Program-made: the position numbers and the translations under genes
Shown here: one piece after another, positions 9,102 to 18,437 of the stretch
How positions within the stretch are numbered: position 1 is the stretch's first letter
Layout: every line of letters begins with the position of its first letter
The notes under the pieces: generated by a model
Database searches by the model: none
What the model saw: the letters and a program-made list of their open reading frames with translations, nothing else
Told to the model about the DNA's origin: nothing
Origin: Thermoplasmata archaeon
GTDB lineage: Archaea > Thermoplasmatota > E2 > JACPAO01 > JAHFTW01
DNA length: 64,000 nucleotides
NCBI GenBank assembly: GCA_034667725.1
Contig: JAXDQS010000003.1
Span: 224,001 to 288,000 of the forward strand
Reading direction: 5' to 3'

Positions 9102-9158
9102 AGCGGGCCAGGATTGTCCAAAAACGAGACAAAGGCCCTGTTCCCTGCCGCCCCTCGG

Positions 9159-9734
9159 ATGACCGAGCCGCCGCCGACCCGCCTCCACCCGCTGCGCGTC
9201 CTGGAAAGCCCCATGCGCGCCGCCATGGTCGCCGCCGTCCTCGACACCCCAGGATTGTTCCTGGGCGAGCTGGCCGCCCGCGTCGGCTGCTCGCGCGCCA
9301 CCGCCCGCCACCACCTCAAGGTGCTGCGCCGCGCCGGCCTCCTGAGCATCGTCTCCTGGGGCCGCCGCACCGCCGTGTTCCCCGCCACCATGCAGACGGC
9401 CGAGCAGGACGCCTGGGCCGCCTTGCAGCGCGGCCGCACCATGGACCTCGCCCGCCTGGTGCGCGCCGAGCCCGGCCTCGTGCAGAAGGAGATCACCGCC
9501 CGCCTCGGCCTCACCCGCAAGATGCTGCGCCGCTACGTCGACGCCCTGGTGCTCGGCGGCCTGCTGCAAGAGCTCGAGGACCCGCCGTTCCGCACCTACC
9601 ACCCCACTCCGCTCCTAGGCCTCCTGCTCGACCTGGGGACGCCGGCAGGGATGATGGTGCCCGAGGCCGTCTGGATCGAGGAGAAACCCGACGACGAGGA
9701 GCTCGTGAAGGCGGCCACGGCCGGTCGCGTCTAA
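9159..9734 (+). CDS. tandem winged-HTH transcriptional regulator (archaeal double-wHTH type)
   Basis: Two HTH units: PGLFLGELAARVGCSRATARHHL and PGLVQKEITARLGLTRKMLRRYV. Confidence 0.8.
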   Translation: MTEPPPTRLHPLRVLESPMRAAMVAAVLDTPGLFLGELAARVGCSRATARHHLKVLRRAGLLSIVSWGRRTAVFPATMQTAEQDAWAALQRGRTMDLARLVRAEPGLVQKEITARLGLTRKMLRRYVDALVLGGLLQELEDPPFRTYHPTPLLGLLLDLGTPAGMMVPEAVWIEEKPDDEELVKAATAGRV

Positions 9735-9759
9735 ACGCCCCCCACGCATCCGCAGGGCG

Positions 9760-10389
9760 ATGGCGCGAACGACCGGGACGGCCGTCCTGATGGCGCTCGC
9801 GGGAGCGGCCATCCTGGCGGGCGGCGTGCTGCATCCGCAGGTGCCGCCGGAGCCCGGCGACCAACAGGCCGCCATCGCGGCGTCCACCCTGTGGGCGCCG
9901 GCGCATTGGCTGCTGACCCTCGGCCAGGCCGCGGCCGTGGCCTGCGTGGCCATGGTCGCCGTCGTCGCCGCCCGTTCCGCGCTGGCCGTCGCGGGCGGCG
10001 CGGCCTTGGCGCTTGGCTTGGCGTTCGGCGTGCTCGGCACCCTGCTTGCGGCCACGGGGCTCCGGGCCGCCGCCGTCAGCGGCGACACGGCGGCGTTCGC
10101 GGCCTGGGGCGACGCCGCCATGGGCGTCGGCTGGCTGTGCCTGCTGCTGTCGGCGGCGGGTGCCGCCGCATGGGGCTGGGACATGATGCGCGCTCCCTGG
10201 CTGCTGCCAAAGCTGGGCGCCTTGGTGCTGCTGGCCGGAAGCCTGCTGTTGCTGGTTGCCGCCGCAGCGGTCCCCTACGACCACTGGTGGACGCACCAAT
10301 ACGTCCTGCGGGCCGGCGCCCTGGGGCTGGGCGTGGGGCTGCTGGGGCTTGCGGCCGCCTGGCGGGCTAGGCCTTCGGCAGCGGCTTGA
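9760..10389 (+). CDS. multi-pass membrane protein
   Basis: About 6 hydrophobic helices with LHP and W..AH motifs. Confidence 0.65.
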   Translation: MARTTGTAVLMALAGAAILAGGVLHPQVPPEPGDQQAAIAASTLWAPAHWLLTLGQAAAVACVAMVAVVAARSALAVAGGAALALGLAFGVLGTLLAATGLRAAAVSGDTAAFAAWGDAAMGVGWLCLLLSAAGAAAWGWDMMRAPWLLPKLGALVLLAGSLLLLVAAAAVPYDHWWTHQYVLRAGALGLGVGLLGLAAAWRARPSAAA

Positions 10390-11839
10390 CCGCCGGCCCG
10401 CGCAGCACGGCGCCGTCGGGGCCGAAGCGCGACCCATGGCAAGGACAGTCCCAGCTCTGCTCCAGCGCGTTCCAGGCCACGATGCAGCCCTTGTGCGTGC
10501 ACGCCGCCTGGACCGTGTGCTCCGCGTCGTCCATCGTCCGGCAGACGGCGACCTTGTGCAGGCCCCGGTCCTCGATGTGGCCCTCGCCGGGCCCAAGCGG
10601 GGCGTGGGAGCCACGCTGCAAGCGGTCGCCGACGAGCCCGCGCGCGATGGTGGCGCCGGAGGCCAGCATCCGCGGGTTGAGGATGCCCTTCGCGAGCCGG
10701 TCGGCGCTGTAGGGATCGTACAGGGCCGCAAGCGGGTTCTCCTTGCCCAGCACGAGGTCCGTCAGCAACTGGGCGGCCACCGTGCCTTGGGTCATGCCCC
10801 AGGCACGGAACCCGGTCGCGGCGTAGGTGCCCTTGGCCTTCGGGGTGTAGCGCCCGACCAGCGGCAGGTCGTCCAACGGATAGTAGTCCTGGCTCGACCA
10901 ATGGTAGCGCGCGGCCCCGGCGCCGAGCTGGCGCGAGAACTCCGCGAGCGCCTCGTAATGGGGATGCGGCTTCTTCTCGCCCACCGCATGCGTCTCGCCC
11001 ACGAACACCAGCATCGGGCCGTCGGGCCCCTCGAACGGCCGCACGCTGCGGCGCGGCTCGTCCGCGCTCACGTGCATCCCCCGAACCTGGCTCGACCCCG
11101 CGTCCGCCGCCAACCCGTACTCGCGCTTGGCGTGCATCCGCGTCACGAAGAACCAGTCGTCCAAGACCGGGACGTTGGTGGCCACCAAGACCTGCTGCGC
11201 CGTCACCGCGCCGCCCGCCGTCGTGACCTTGCAGCGCTCCCCGTCCTCGATGCCCGTGACGCGCGAACCCTCGAAGACCACGACGTCGCGGGCCAGGCCG
11301 AGCAGATACTTGCGGGGATGGAAGTGGCCTTGCCCGTCGAACCGGACGGCCGCCGCGACCTGGAACGGCAGATCGGTGTCCACCACCAACGACGCCGGCA
11401 GCCCCAGCTCCTGCGACGCCTCCGCCTCCTGCGCGAACTCCTTGGCGCGGGCATCGTGCGTTGTGTAGACATGGTTGGGCGCGTCCACCCACTGCGCACC
11501 CTCCGACCGCGACCGCATGAAGCCGACCGCACGCTCATTGGCCTGCGCATGGACTCGAACCCGCTCCACCCCGAAGCGGGTGGTGAGGCGATGATAGCCG
11601 ATGCCATGCTGCGACGTCACCTTGGCCGTCGTCTGGCCCGACACGCCCGCCCCGACGGCGCCCGCCTCGACCACGACGACCCTCTTGCCGGCTTGACGCA
11701 GCAAATGGGCCGCGGTCAGGCCGACGATGCCCGCACCCACGATGGCGACGTCCGCGTCCACTTCACCCTGTAAGGCAGGCCTCGCCTCCGACGGCGCAGT
11801 GGCGATCCAGACCGATTCATGGCGCCCGGCGACGGTCAT
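10367..11839 (-). CDS. FAD-dependent oxidoreductase with C-terminal Rieske [2Fe-2S] domain (YhfW-like)
   Basis: GAGIVG dinucleotide-binding motif, SGQTTAK, Rieske motifs CTHKGC and WDCPCHGS. Confidence 0.9.
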   Translation of the reverse strand: MTVAGRHESVWIATAPSEARPALQGEVDADVAIVGAGIVGLTAAHLLRQAGKRVVVVEAGAVGAGVSGQTTAKVTSQHGIGYHRLTTRFGVERVRVHAQANERAVGFMRSRSEGAQWVDAPNHVYTTHDARAKEFAQEAEASQELGLPASLVVDTDLPFQVAAAVRFDGQGHFHPRKYLLGLARDVVVFEGSRVTGIEDGERCKVTTAGGAVTAQQVLVATNVPVLDDWFFVTRMHAKREYGLAADAGSSQVRGMHVSADEPRRSVRPFEGPDGPMLVFVGETHAVGEKKPHPHYEALAEFSRQLGAGAARYHWSSQDYYPLDDLPLVGRYTPKAKGTYAATGFRAWGMTQGTVAAQLLTDLVLGKENPLAALYDPYSADRLAKGILNPRMLASGATIARGLVGDRLQRGSHAPLGPGEGHIEDRGLHKVAVCRTMDDAEHTVQAACTHKGCIVAWNALEQSWDCPCHGSRFGPDGAVLRGPAVKPLPKA

Positions 11840-12018
11840 CGCGACGGCATGCGGGCGGTGGCGATAAACCACCGGGAGGCGGCACTGCGGGGCGACGTCG
11901 CGAACCCTTGAAGGCGACGACTTCCAACATGGGGTTGATTGACGACGCACGCGCCAACAGGAGGGCAGCAAAAGGGGTGTCCAAAACCCCCTTGCTGCTC
12001 CGTCCCTCCTGTTCTCGA

Positions 12019-12037
12019 AAGTGGGCCCGTCCAGATT
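12019..12037. repeat. 19-bp direct copy of the tRNA-Pro 3' end (att-like)
   Basis: AAGTGGGCCCGTCCAGATT is identical to 12153-12171. Confidence 0.75.
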
Positions 12038-12155
12038 CGAGGCCAAGGCCACTGCGTGGCCTCGGCCATGACCTCGCGCCTGACGGCGCTTGGCAAATCT
12101 GGACAGCCTCTGCCGAGGCGCACCGGCGCGCCAAGAGCCGCCGTGCTGCACGAAG

Positions 12156-12228
12156 TGGGCCCGTCCAGATTTGAACTGGAGGCTACTGCACCCCAAGCAG
12201 CAAGGTTACCAAACTACCCCACGGGCCC
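12156..12228 (-). tRNA. tRNA-Pro(TGG)
   Basis: GGGCCCG/CGGGCCC acceptor stem, anticodon loop CT-TGG-GG, T-loop GTTCAAATC; no intron. Confidence 0.93.
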
Positions 12229-12358
12229 CGCGTGCCTGGGGCGCTGCGGGCCTCCGTCATCGCCGAAGCTTGGAGGCCTGGGGTCTCCCCGGGCACGTGC
12301 CAAGGGCCCGAGGGCCCCTGGTGCAGGCGCGCCACAAACCGGCGGTATAAGGCCCCTT

Positions 12359-14053
12359 CTACCGGCGGCGGGGGCGCGCCATGCCGGCGGCCGCGAGCAG
12401 GGCGACGACGGCGAGCCCGGCCCATGGCGCGGGGATGTCGAAGCTGTCGTCGCTGCTGGAGCTGCTGGCGGGCGTCGTGGTGGCGGGCGGGATGCCGACC
12501 TCGATGGTGTAGTCGAACTCGACGATGTTGTTGGCTTCGTCCTTTTCGGGGACGAGGTTGTCGGGGTCGATGGCGAGGACGTAGTGGTTGGTGGTGGGCT
12601 GCTCGTCGACGGTGCGTTCGAGGCGGGTCTCGGCGCCGGGCTGGAGGGCGGGGATGTCGAGGCTGAGCCAGGGTTGGCCGTCGCGGGTGTAGGTGAGCTT
12701 GGTGGGCGCGGACGCGGCTTCGCCTGAGTTGCGGACGTTGAGCCAGAGCAGGGTGGTGGTGAGCTTGCCGTCGGCGGGGTGGAGGTCGGCCTGCTTGGGC
12801 CGCACGGGCCCGAAGGCGTAGAGGGTGCCGTCGGTGGCGGCGACGAACGCCATGCTGCCGTCGATGGCGGGGCTGGTGCTGACGGCGGCGGGGGTCTCGA
12901 CGGTGCGCAGGATGGTGCCGTTGCTGGCGGCGATCCAGTAGACGCGCTTGTCTTCGGAGCCGACGGTGACGATGCCGTTGGCGATGGCGGGGCTGGAGGT
13001 GACGGGCTCGAGGTTGCTGCCTGCGACGGTTTCCCAGACCTTGGTGCCGTCGCCGGTGTTGAGGGCGTAGACGCGGCCGGTGTTGGTGCCGACAAAGACG
13101 CGGTCGCCGGAGTTGGCGGGGCTGGAGTGGACCTTGGCGCCGCGGGCGGTGCTGTCGCCGACGGGGTCGGGGGCCTGGAAGCTCCAGTCGGGGGTGTGGA
13201 AGGCGCCGTTGCAGGGGTTGTTGCCTTCGCCCGAGGCGGTGGCGAGGTAGCCGCGGACGTAGCCGTCGTAGCTGCCGACGACGACGCGGGTGGTGCCTTG
13301 GTGGGTGGCGATGGTGGGGGCGCCCACGACGATGTCGTCGGTCTTGTGAATCCAGCGGATGTTGGTCTTGCCGTCGCCGTTGCCGTCCTCGGCGAGGGCG
13401 ACGACGTAGTGGTTGAGGGCGCCGAAGAACACCTTGCCGCCGAAGACGGCGGGGGCGCCGCGGATGGGCATGGCGGCCACAGGGTTGGTGCAGGTCCAGC
13501 CGGTGGCGGTCGCGAACGTGGCGGTGAGGCGGATCTCGGTGAGCTTGAAGGTCCAGAGGAGGGTGAGCGTGCTGGCGAGGTAGGCGCGCAGCTCGCCGGC
13601 TTCGTTGCCGACGAACAGCTTGCCTTCGTGCTCGGTGATGGAGCCGAGGGTGGCGCCGACGCTGGCGGTGTGCTCGACGCGGCCGTCGCGCAGGTTGAGC
13701 GCCTTGAGGTTGCCGGCCTTGTCGACGACGTAGGCGCGTTCGCCCGCGATGGCGCCGGTGCCTTCGACGCCGGCGTCCATCTGGTGGCGCCACAGCTCCT
13801 TGCCGGTGCGGCTGTCGAGCGCCTGGACGAGACCGGCGGCCGACGCGGTGAGCAGGAGGTGGTCCTTCAGGATGGGGCTGGCCTTGGCCTGGGCGTCGCC
13901 TTCGGCCTTGACGGTCCACCAGGTCTCGGCGGGGACGCCGTAGGCGGTGCCGCTGGCGAAGCCGGTGTTGCGGTCGTCGCCGTGGAACGAGGCCCAGTCG
14001 CCGGCGGCGGCCGGCGCCAGGAGCAAGCAGGCCAGCAACGGGGCGAGACGCAC
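12359..14053 (-). CDS. secreted PQQ-like beta-propeller + CARDB domain with C-terminal sorting/anchor signal
   Basis: Signal peptide, W..FHGD..NTG, repeated SSP/GKELW propeller blades, CARDB-like IDPDNLVPEKDEANN, Ser/Thr linker, then IPAPW-TM-RPRRR. Confidence 0.85.
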   Translation of the reverse strand: MRLAPLLACLLLAPAAAGDWASFHGDDRNTGFASGTAYGVPAETWWTVKAEGDAQAKASPILKDHLLLTASAAGLVQALDSRTGKELWRHQMDAGVEGTGAIAGERAYVVDKAGNLKALNLRDGRVEHTASVGATLGSITEHEGKLFVGNEAGELRAYLASTLTLLWTFKLTEIRLTATFATATGWTCTNPVAAMPIRGAPAVFGGKVFFGALNHYVVALAEDGNGDGKTNIRWIHKTDDIVVGAPTIATHQGTTRVVVGSYDGYVRGYLATASGEGNNPCNGAFHTPDWSFQAPDPVGDSTARGAKVHSSPANSGDRVFVGTNTGRVYALNTGDGTKVWETVAGSNLEPVTSSPAIANGIVTVGSEDKRVYWIAASNGTILRTVETPAAVSTSPAIDGSMAFVAATDGTLYAFGPVRPKQADLHPADGKLTTTLLWLNVRNSGEAASAPTKLTYTRDGQPWLSLDIPALQPGAETRLERTVDEQPTTNHYVLAIDPDNLVPEKDEANNIVEFDYTIEVGIPPATTTPASSSSSDDSFDIPAPWAGLAVVALLAAAGMARPRRR

Positions 14054-14127
14054 GCGGGTGGACCTGGGTCCTGCATAAAGAACACGTGCGCTGGCCGGCG
14101 AGGCCTGGGGCGGGGGGTGGCGGCCCC

Positions 14128-14132
14128 TATAA
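14128..14132 (+). promoter_or_regulatory. TATA box of the lipid operon (leaderless)
   Basis: TATAA 27-23 nt upstream of GTG 14155. Confidence 0.5.
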
Positions 14133-14154
14133 GCCGGGGAAGCTTGGGCGGCGC

Positions 14155-14382
14155 GTGAAGGTCGAGGTGAGCCACGGCCGCTGCATCAGTTGCGCCGGCT
14201 GCGTGGGCGTCTGCCCCGTGGACACGATCACGCTCAACGAGCTGCATCTGGTCGTCGACCAAGCCCCTTGCATCAGTTGCGGGCTGTGCATCCAGTTCTG
14301 CCCCGTGGGCGCCCTGACGCAGGGCGCGGACTACGGCGCGCCGGCGGAGCGCAAGCGCGACCGGGTGCTGGTGGTGCGCTGA
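14155..14382 (+). CDS. 2[4Fe-4S] ferredoxin
   Basis: Two CxxCxxCxxxCP motifs; TGATG overlap with the GGR gene. Confidence 0.9.
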   Translation: MKVEVSHGRCISCAGCVGVCPVDTITLNELHLVVDQAPCISCGLCIQFCPVGALTQGADYGAPAERKRDRVLVVR

Positions 14383-15761
14383 TGGCCGGGATCGCGGGCA
14401 CGCCGGACATGACGGTCACGGGCAAGCCGCTCGTCGGCCTCCGGCCCGGCACCATCCCCCGCGCCGTCGACCTGCAGGTCGACGTGCTGGTGGTGGGGCT
14501 CGGGCCGGGCGGGCTCATCGCGTGCCGCGACTTCGCGCGCCAAGGCTTCACGGTGCTGGGCATCGACCGCAAGCAGGAACTGGGCTGGCCGAAGCGGTGC
14601 GCCGAGGGCGTGTCCGACGAGGGCCTGGCGCATTGCGGCGTCAAGGCGGACCCGGCGTGGGCGTACGGGCGCATCGAGGGCGCGGCGTTGTACGCGCCGA
14701 GCGGCAAGCGCGTCATCCTGGAAGGCTCCGACACCTACGGCTGGGTGGTGGAGCGCAAGATCTTCGAGAAGCACCTCGCGCGCGACGCCATCCAGGCGGG
14801 CGCGAAGCTCATGGTCAAGACGCAGGCGACGGCGCTCCTGAAGGACGCGGCCGGCGCGGTGGTGGGCGTCGAGGCGGAGTTCATGGGCAAGCGCTTCCAA
14901 GTCCGGGCGCGGCTGACCATTGGCGCGGACGGCATCGACTCGTTCATCGGCAAGTGGGCGGGCCTGCGGACCCTCAACCGGGTGCGCGACTACCACGCCG
15001 GCTTCCAGTACGAGATGGTGGGCGTGCAGGGCTACGAGCAGAACTGGCTGCACCTCTACTTCGGCGAGGACGTGGCGCCCAAGGGCTACGTCTGGATCTT
15101 CCCCAAGGGCGACGGCGTGTCGAACGTCGGCATCGGCATCCTGGCGAAGGAGTCGGAGTGGGGCAACCGGGCGCAGGACTACCTCGACCGGTGGATCGAG
15201 CGCAACCCCCAGATGTTCGCGCACGCCTCGGTCACGGAGATCAACGGCAGCGGCATCCCCGTCTCGTCCCGCGTGCCCGAGCCGGTCGCGGACGGCGTCA
15301 TGCTGGTGGGCGACGCGGCCCAGCTCGTGAACCCCATCCACGGCGGCGGCATCATCATCGCGATGCGGGCGGCCATGATCGCGGCCCGCGTCGGCGGCGA
15401 GGCCATCCGGAAGGGCGACGTCTCCAAGGCGGCCCTCCAGCCCTACGTGGTCGAGTACCAGACCAAGGACGAGGGCGCCGTCACCGAGAAGCTGCTGAAG
15501 ATGCGCTACTTCATGGAGAACCTGACCGACAAGGACTTCGAGCGCCTGGCCGGCATCCTCGACGGCAAGGTCATCATGGAGGTCGCGAACGCCCAGTTCC
15601 CGACCTTCGTCAAGCTGCTGCTGAAGCACTTCCCCAAGATGGCGCCGCTGGTGCGCAAATACATCCTCGCAGTCAAGCAGATGGAGCAGGAGAAGGCCAA
15701 ACGCGACTGGGACGAAGTGGACGAGCTCTTGGCCGAGGCCGAGGCGAAGGTCGCGGCTTGA
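14382..15761 (+). CDS. ggr: digeranylgeranylglycerophospholipid reductase (geranylgeranyl reductase)
   Basis: GLGPGG FAD motif, P.RCAEG, ERKIFEK.LA, IGADG, PKGYVWIFP, VGDAA..VNP.HGGGI. Confidence 0.9.
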   Translation: MAGIAGTPDMTVTGKPLVGLRPGTIPRAVDLQVDVLVVGLGPGGLIACRDFARQGFTVLGIDRKQELGWPKRCAEGVSDEGLAHCGVKADPAWAYGRIEGAALYAPSGKRVILEGSDTYGWVVERKIFEKHLARDAIQAGAKLMVKTQATALLKDAAGAVVGVEAEFMGKRFQVRARLTIGADGIDSFIGKWAGLRTLNRVRDYHAGFQYEMVGVQGYEQNWLHLYFGEDVAPKGYVWIFPKGDGVSNVGIGILAKESEWGNRAQDYLDRWIERNPQMFAHASVTEINGSGIPVSSRVPEPVADGVMLVGDAAQLVNPIHGGGIIIAMRAAMIAARVGGEAIRKGDVSKAALQPYVVEYQTKDEGAVTEKLLKMRYFMENLTDKDFERLAGILDGKVIMEVANAQFPTFVKLLLKHFPKMAPLVRKYILAVKQMEQEKAKRDWDEVDELLAEAEAKVAA

Positions 15762-16564
15762 CGGCGCTCGGCCTCCTCGCCTTGGCGCGCCCCGTCAACT
15801 GCGCCATCGCCGCCCTCGCCACCGTCGCCGGCTACCTGCTCGCCCAAGGCCACGACCCGTTGGCCGCCACCCTCGCCGCCCTTGCCACCGCCACCATCGC
15901 CGCCGCCGGCAACGCCCTCAACGACGCCCAGGACGCCGAGCTCGACCGGGCCGCGCACCCGCGCCGCCCCATCCCCGCGGGCCGCGCCACCCCCGCCGAG
16001 GCGCGCGGCTTCGCCGGCGCGCTCGTGGCGGTGGGGCTCGCGGCCGCGGCGGGGGCCGCAGGCTTCGCGCTGGCGGGCTTCGCGGCCGGCACCGTCGCGC
16101 TGCTGCTGCTCTACGAGTGGCGCCTGAAGCGGTGGGGCCTGGCCGGGAACGTCGCGGTCGCGGCCCTGACGGCGGCGACCCTGCTGTTCGGCGCCGCCGC
16201 GGCCGGCGCGTGGCCGCGCATCGTGGGGGTGGCCGCCGCCATGGCGTTCCTGGCGAACCTGGCGCGCGAGGTCGCCAAGGACGCCGAGGACATGGCGGCC
16301 GACGCCGGCCACCGCCGCACCTTCCCGATGCAGGTCGGCCCGCGCGCCGCCGGCGCCACGGCCTGCGGCCTGGCGCTCGCGGCGGCGGCGGTGCCGCTTG
16401 CCGCCGGGCTGCTGGATTGGGCCGTGCTGGCGGCCGCCGCCGTCGTGCTGGCGGGCGGCGCGTTGGCGGTCGCGCGGCCGGGCCTCGGGCAGCGGGTGTT
16501 GCGCGTCGGCATGGCGCTCGCGGTGGCGGGGTTCCTTGCCCTGGGCGTTTGGAATCCTTCATAG
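15758..16564 (+). CDS. DGGGP synthase (UbiA prenyltransferase family)
   Basis: RP.N, NDAQDAELDR..HPRRPIPAG and REVAKDAED...D motifs; multi-TM; TTG start overlaps the GGR stop. Confidence 0.85.
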   Translation: MTALGLLALARPVNCAIAALATVAGYLLAQGHDPLAATLAALATATIAAAGNALNDAQDAELDRAAHPRRPIPAGRATPAEARGFAGALVAVGLAAAAGAAGFALAGFAAGTVALLLLYEWRLKRWGLAGNVAVAALTAATLLFGAAAAGAWPRIVGVAAAMAFLANLAREVAKDAEDMAADAGHRRTFPMQVGPRAAGATACGLALAAAAVPLAAGLLDWAVLAAAAVVLAGGALAVARPGLGQRVLRVGMALAVAGFLALGVWNPS

Positions 16565-16587
16565 GCACGCCTGGGGTCCGACGAAGC

Positions 16588-17427
16588 GTGCTCTTCCAGC
16601 GCGGACCCAAGCCCCGCTTCGTGGAGGAGTACCTGATGCGGCACCTTCGGCATGGGCCGCTGCATATCACGCTCATCGACCCGGACAAGCAGGGGCCGGA
16701 GGAGGCGGGCGCGATGGCGAAGTCGGCGGCGGACGCGGGCAGCCACGCCATCATGGTGGGCGGCTCCACGCCGGAGCGGCGGCGCGTGCTGGACGAGGCG
16801 GTGAAGCTCATCAAGAAGGAGTCGGGGCTGCCGGTCATCCTGTTCCCGGGGGCCGCCACCCAGGTGTCCGCGCACGCCGACGCCATCTGGTTCATGTCGC
16901 TTTTGAACAGCCGCAGCCGCGAGTTCCTGGTCGGCGAGCAGGTGCGCGGCGCCCCCATCATCGAGAAGCTCGGCATCGAGCCGATCCCCATGGGCTACAT
17001 CGTGGTCGAGCCCGGCGGCACCGTCGGCCGCGTCGGCCAGGCGGACCTTCTCCGGCGCGACGACCTCGACGGCGCCATCGCCTACGCCTTGGCCGCCCAA
17101 TCGTTCGGGATGCGCTTCGTCTACCTCGAGGCCGGCTCCGGCGCCGACACGCCCGTGCCGCCCGAGATGGTGCGCGCCGTCAAGCGGGCCGTGCGCGTCC
17201 CGGTCATCGTCGGCGGCGGGCTGCGCACCGCCCAGGCGGCGCACGACGCCATCGAGGCCGGCGCCGACATCATCGTGACCGGCACCTTGGTCGAAGGGGT
17301 CACCGACGTCCGCAAGACCTTGGGCGACTACCTGTTCAGCCTGTCCGAGAAGCTCCGGCGCGAAGTCCGACGGCACCTCATCCCCGACGACGAGGGGGCG
17401 CCGCGCAAGGAGGTCGAGCCGCAATGA
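16588..17427 (+). CDS. geranylgeranylglyceryl phosphate synthase (group II)
   Basis: HITLIDPDK, IMVGGS, VILFPG, FMSLLNS, YLEAGSGA, IVGGG.R, IVTGT. Confidence 0.92.
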   Translation: MLFQRGPKPRFVEEYLMRHLRHGPLHITLIDPDKQGPEEAGAMAKSAADAGSHAIMVGGSTPERRRVLDEAVKLIKKESGLPVILFPGAATQVSAHADAIWFMSLLNSRSREFLVGEQVRGAPIIEKLGIEPIPMGYIVVEPGGTVGRVGQADLLRRDDLDGAIAYALAAQSFGMRFVYLEAGSGADTPVPPEMVRAVKRAVRVPVIVGGGLRTAQAAHDAIEAGADIIVTGTLVEGVTDVRKTLGDYLFSLSEKLRREVRRHLIPDDEGAPRKEVEPQ

Positions 17428-18398
17428 CCGCCGGCAAGGCGAGCGCCATCGCCTACCCGATCCAGGGCCTCGTCAAGTACCACGGCCTCAAGGACCCGGT
17501 GCGGCGCATCCCCTACCACGACTCGATCAGCCTCTGCACGGGGCCCATCCACACCCACACCACGCTGGAGGTGCTCGACCAGGGCCCGTCGCAGGTCGAG
17601 ATCGACGGCAAGCCCGTCACGGGCCGGCCGCTGGAGCGCGTCCGTGTCGTGGTGGACGCCGTGCGGGAGAAGGCCGGCGACGACCGCTCCTTCCGCCTGG
17701 TGTCCCGCAACGACTTCCCGCAGTACGTCGGCCTCGGCAGCAGCAGCAGCGGCTTTGCCGCGCTGGCGCTGGCCGCGGCGGCCGCGTACGGCTGGAAGGC
17801 GGGCGCCGAGGAACTGTCGGAGGTCGCCCGGCTCGGGGCGGGCTCGGCGTCGCGCGCCGTCACGGGCGGCGTGTCCGAGTGGGTCAACCGTGGCGCGCGC
17901 AGCTTTGCCCGGATGCTGGCCGCGCCGGAGGACCTGGCCGACTGGCGCATCGTGGTGCCGCTGGTGCAGCACGAGGAGCCGACCGAGAACGTCCACGCCG
18001 AGGTCGTGTCGAGCCCGTTCTTCGCGCCGCGCAACCAGTACGTCGAGGGCGCCTTGTCCGAGATGCGGCGCGCCGTGGCCGCCCACGACCTGGCGGGCAT
18101 CCACGCCATCGCCGAGCGCGACACCCTCAACCTGCACGCCGTCACGATGACCGCCCAGTCCGGGCACATCACCTGGATGCCGGCGACCTTGGAGGCCATG
18201 CACCGCGTCCGCCGGCTGCGGCGCGACGGCGTCCCCGTCTGGTTCAGCATCGACACGGGCGCCACCGCCTACCTCAACACCACGGCCGCCCACGAGGAGC
18301 GGGTCGCCGCCGCCATGGAAGGCATCCCCGGGGTCGCCCGGCTGCTGCGGCTGCGCCCCGCCGGCCCGGCGCGGCTGGTGCCGGACCACTTGTTCTGA
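17424..18398 (+). CDS. mvaD: phosphomevalonate decarboxylase, haloarchaeal type (GHMP family)
   Basis: A.PIQGLVKYHG..D...IPYHDSIS.CT N-terminus, GLGSSSSGFAALA, GSASRAV.GG, WFS.DTGA. Confidence 0.85.
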   Translation: MTAGKASAIAYPIQGLVKYHGLKDPVRRIPYHDSISLCTGPIHTHTTLEVLDQGPSQVEIDGKPVTGRPLERVRVVVDAVREKAGDDRSFRLVSRNDFPQYVGLGSSSSGFAALALAAAAAYGWKAGAEELSEVARLGAGSASRAVTGGVSEWVNRGARSFARMLAAPEDLADWRIVVPLVQHEEPTENVHAEVVSSPFFAPRNQYVEGALSEMRRAVAAHDLAGIHAIAERDTLNLHAVTMTAQSGHITWMPATLEAMHRVRRLRRDGVPVWFSIDTGATAYLNTTAAHEERVAAAMEGIPGVARLLRLRPAGPARLVPDHLF

Positions 18399-18437
18399 AA
18401 CGCAAGCTTTTCCCATCGGCCGGCGCGTCGCGGGGCA

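Noticed and set aside
4352-9602. Apparent N-terminal extensions or fusions of CphA (1182 aa), CphB (655 aa) and IaaA (535 aa) in the ORF track
   Set aside because: The extensions are off-frame read-through of the upstream gene. True starts sit at the ATGA/GTGA overlaps, so there is no need for fusion, frameshifting or Sec recoding.
11840-12150. Intact mobile element or small ORFs beside tRNA-Pro
   Set aside because: No integrase or transposase and no credible coding signal; reported only as a scar.
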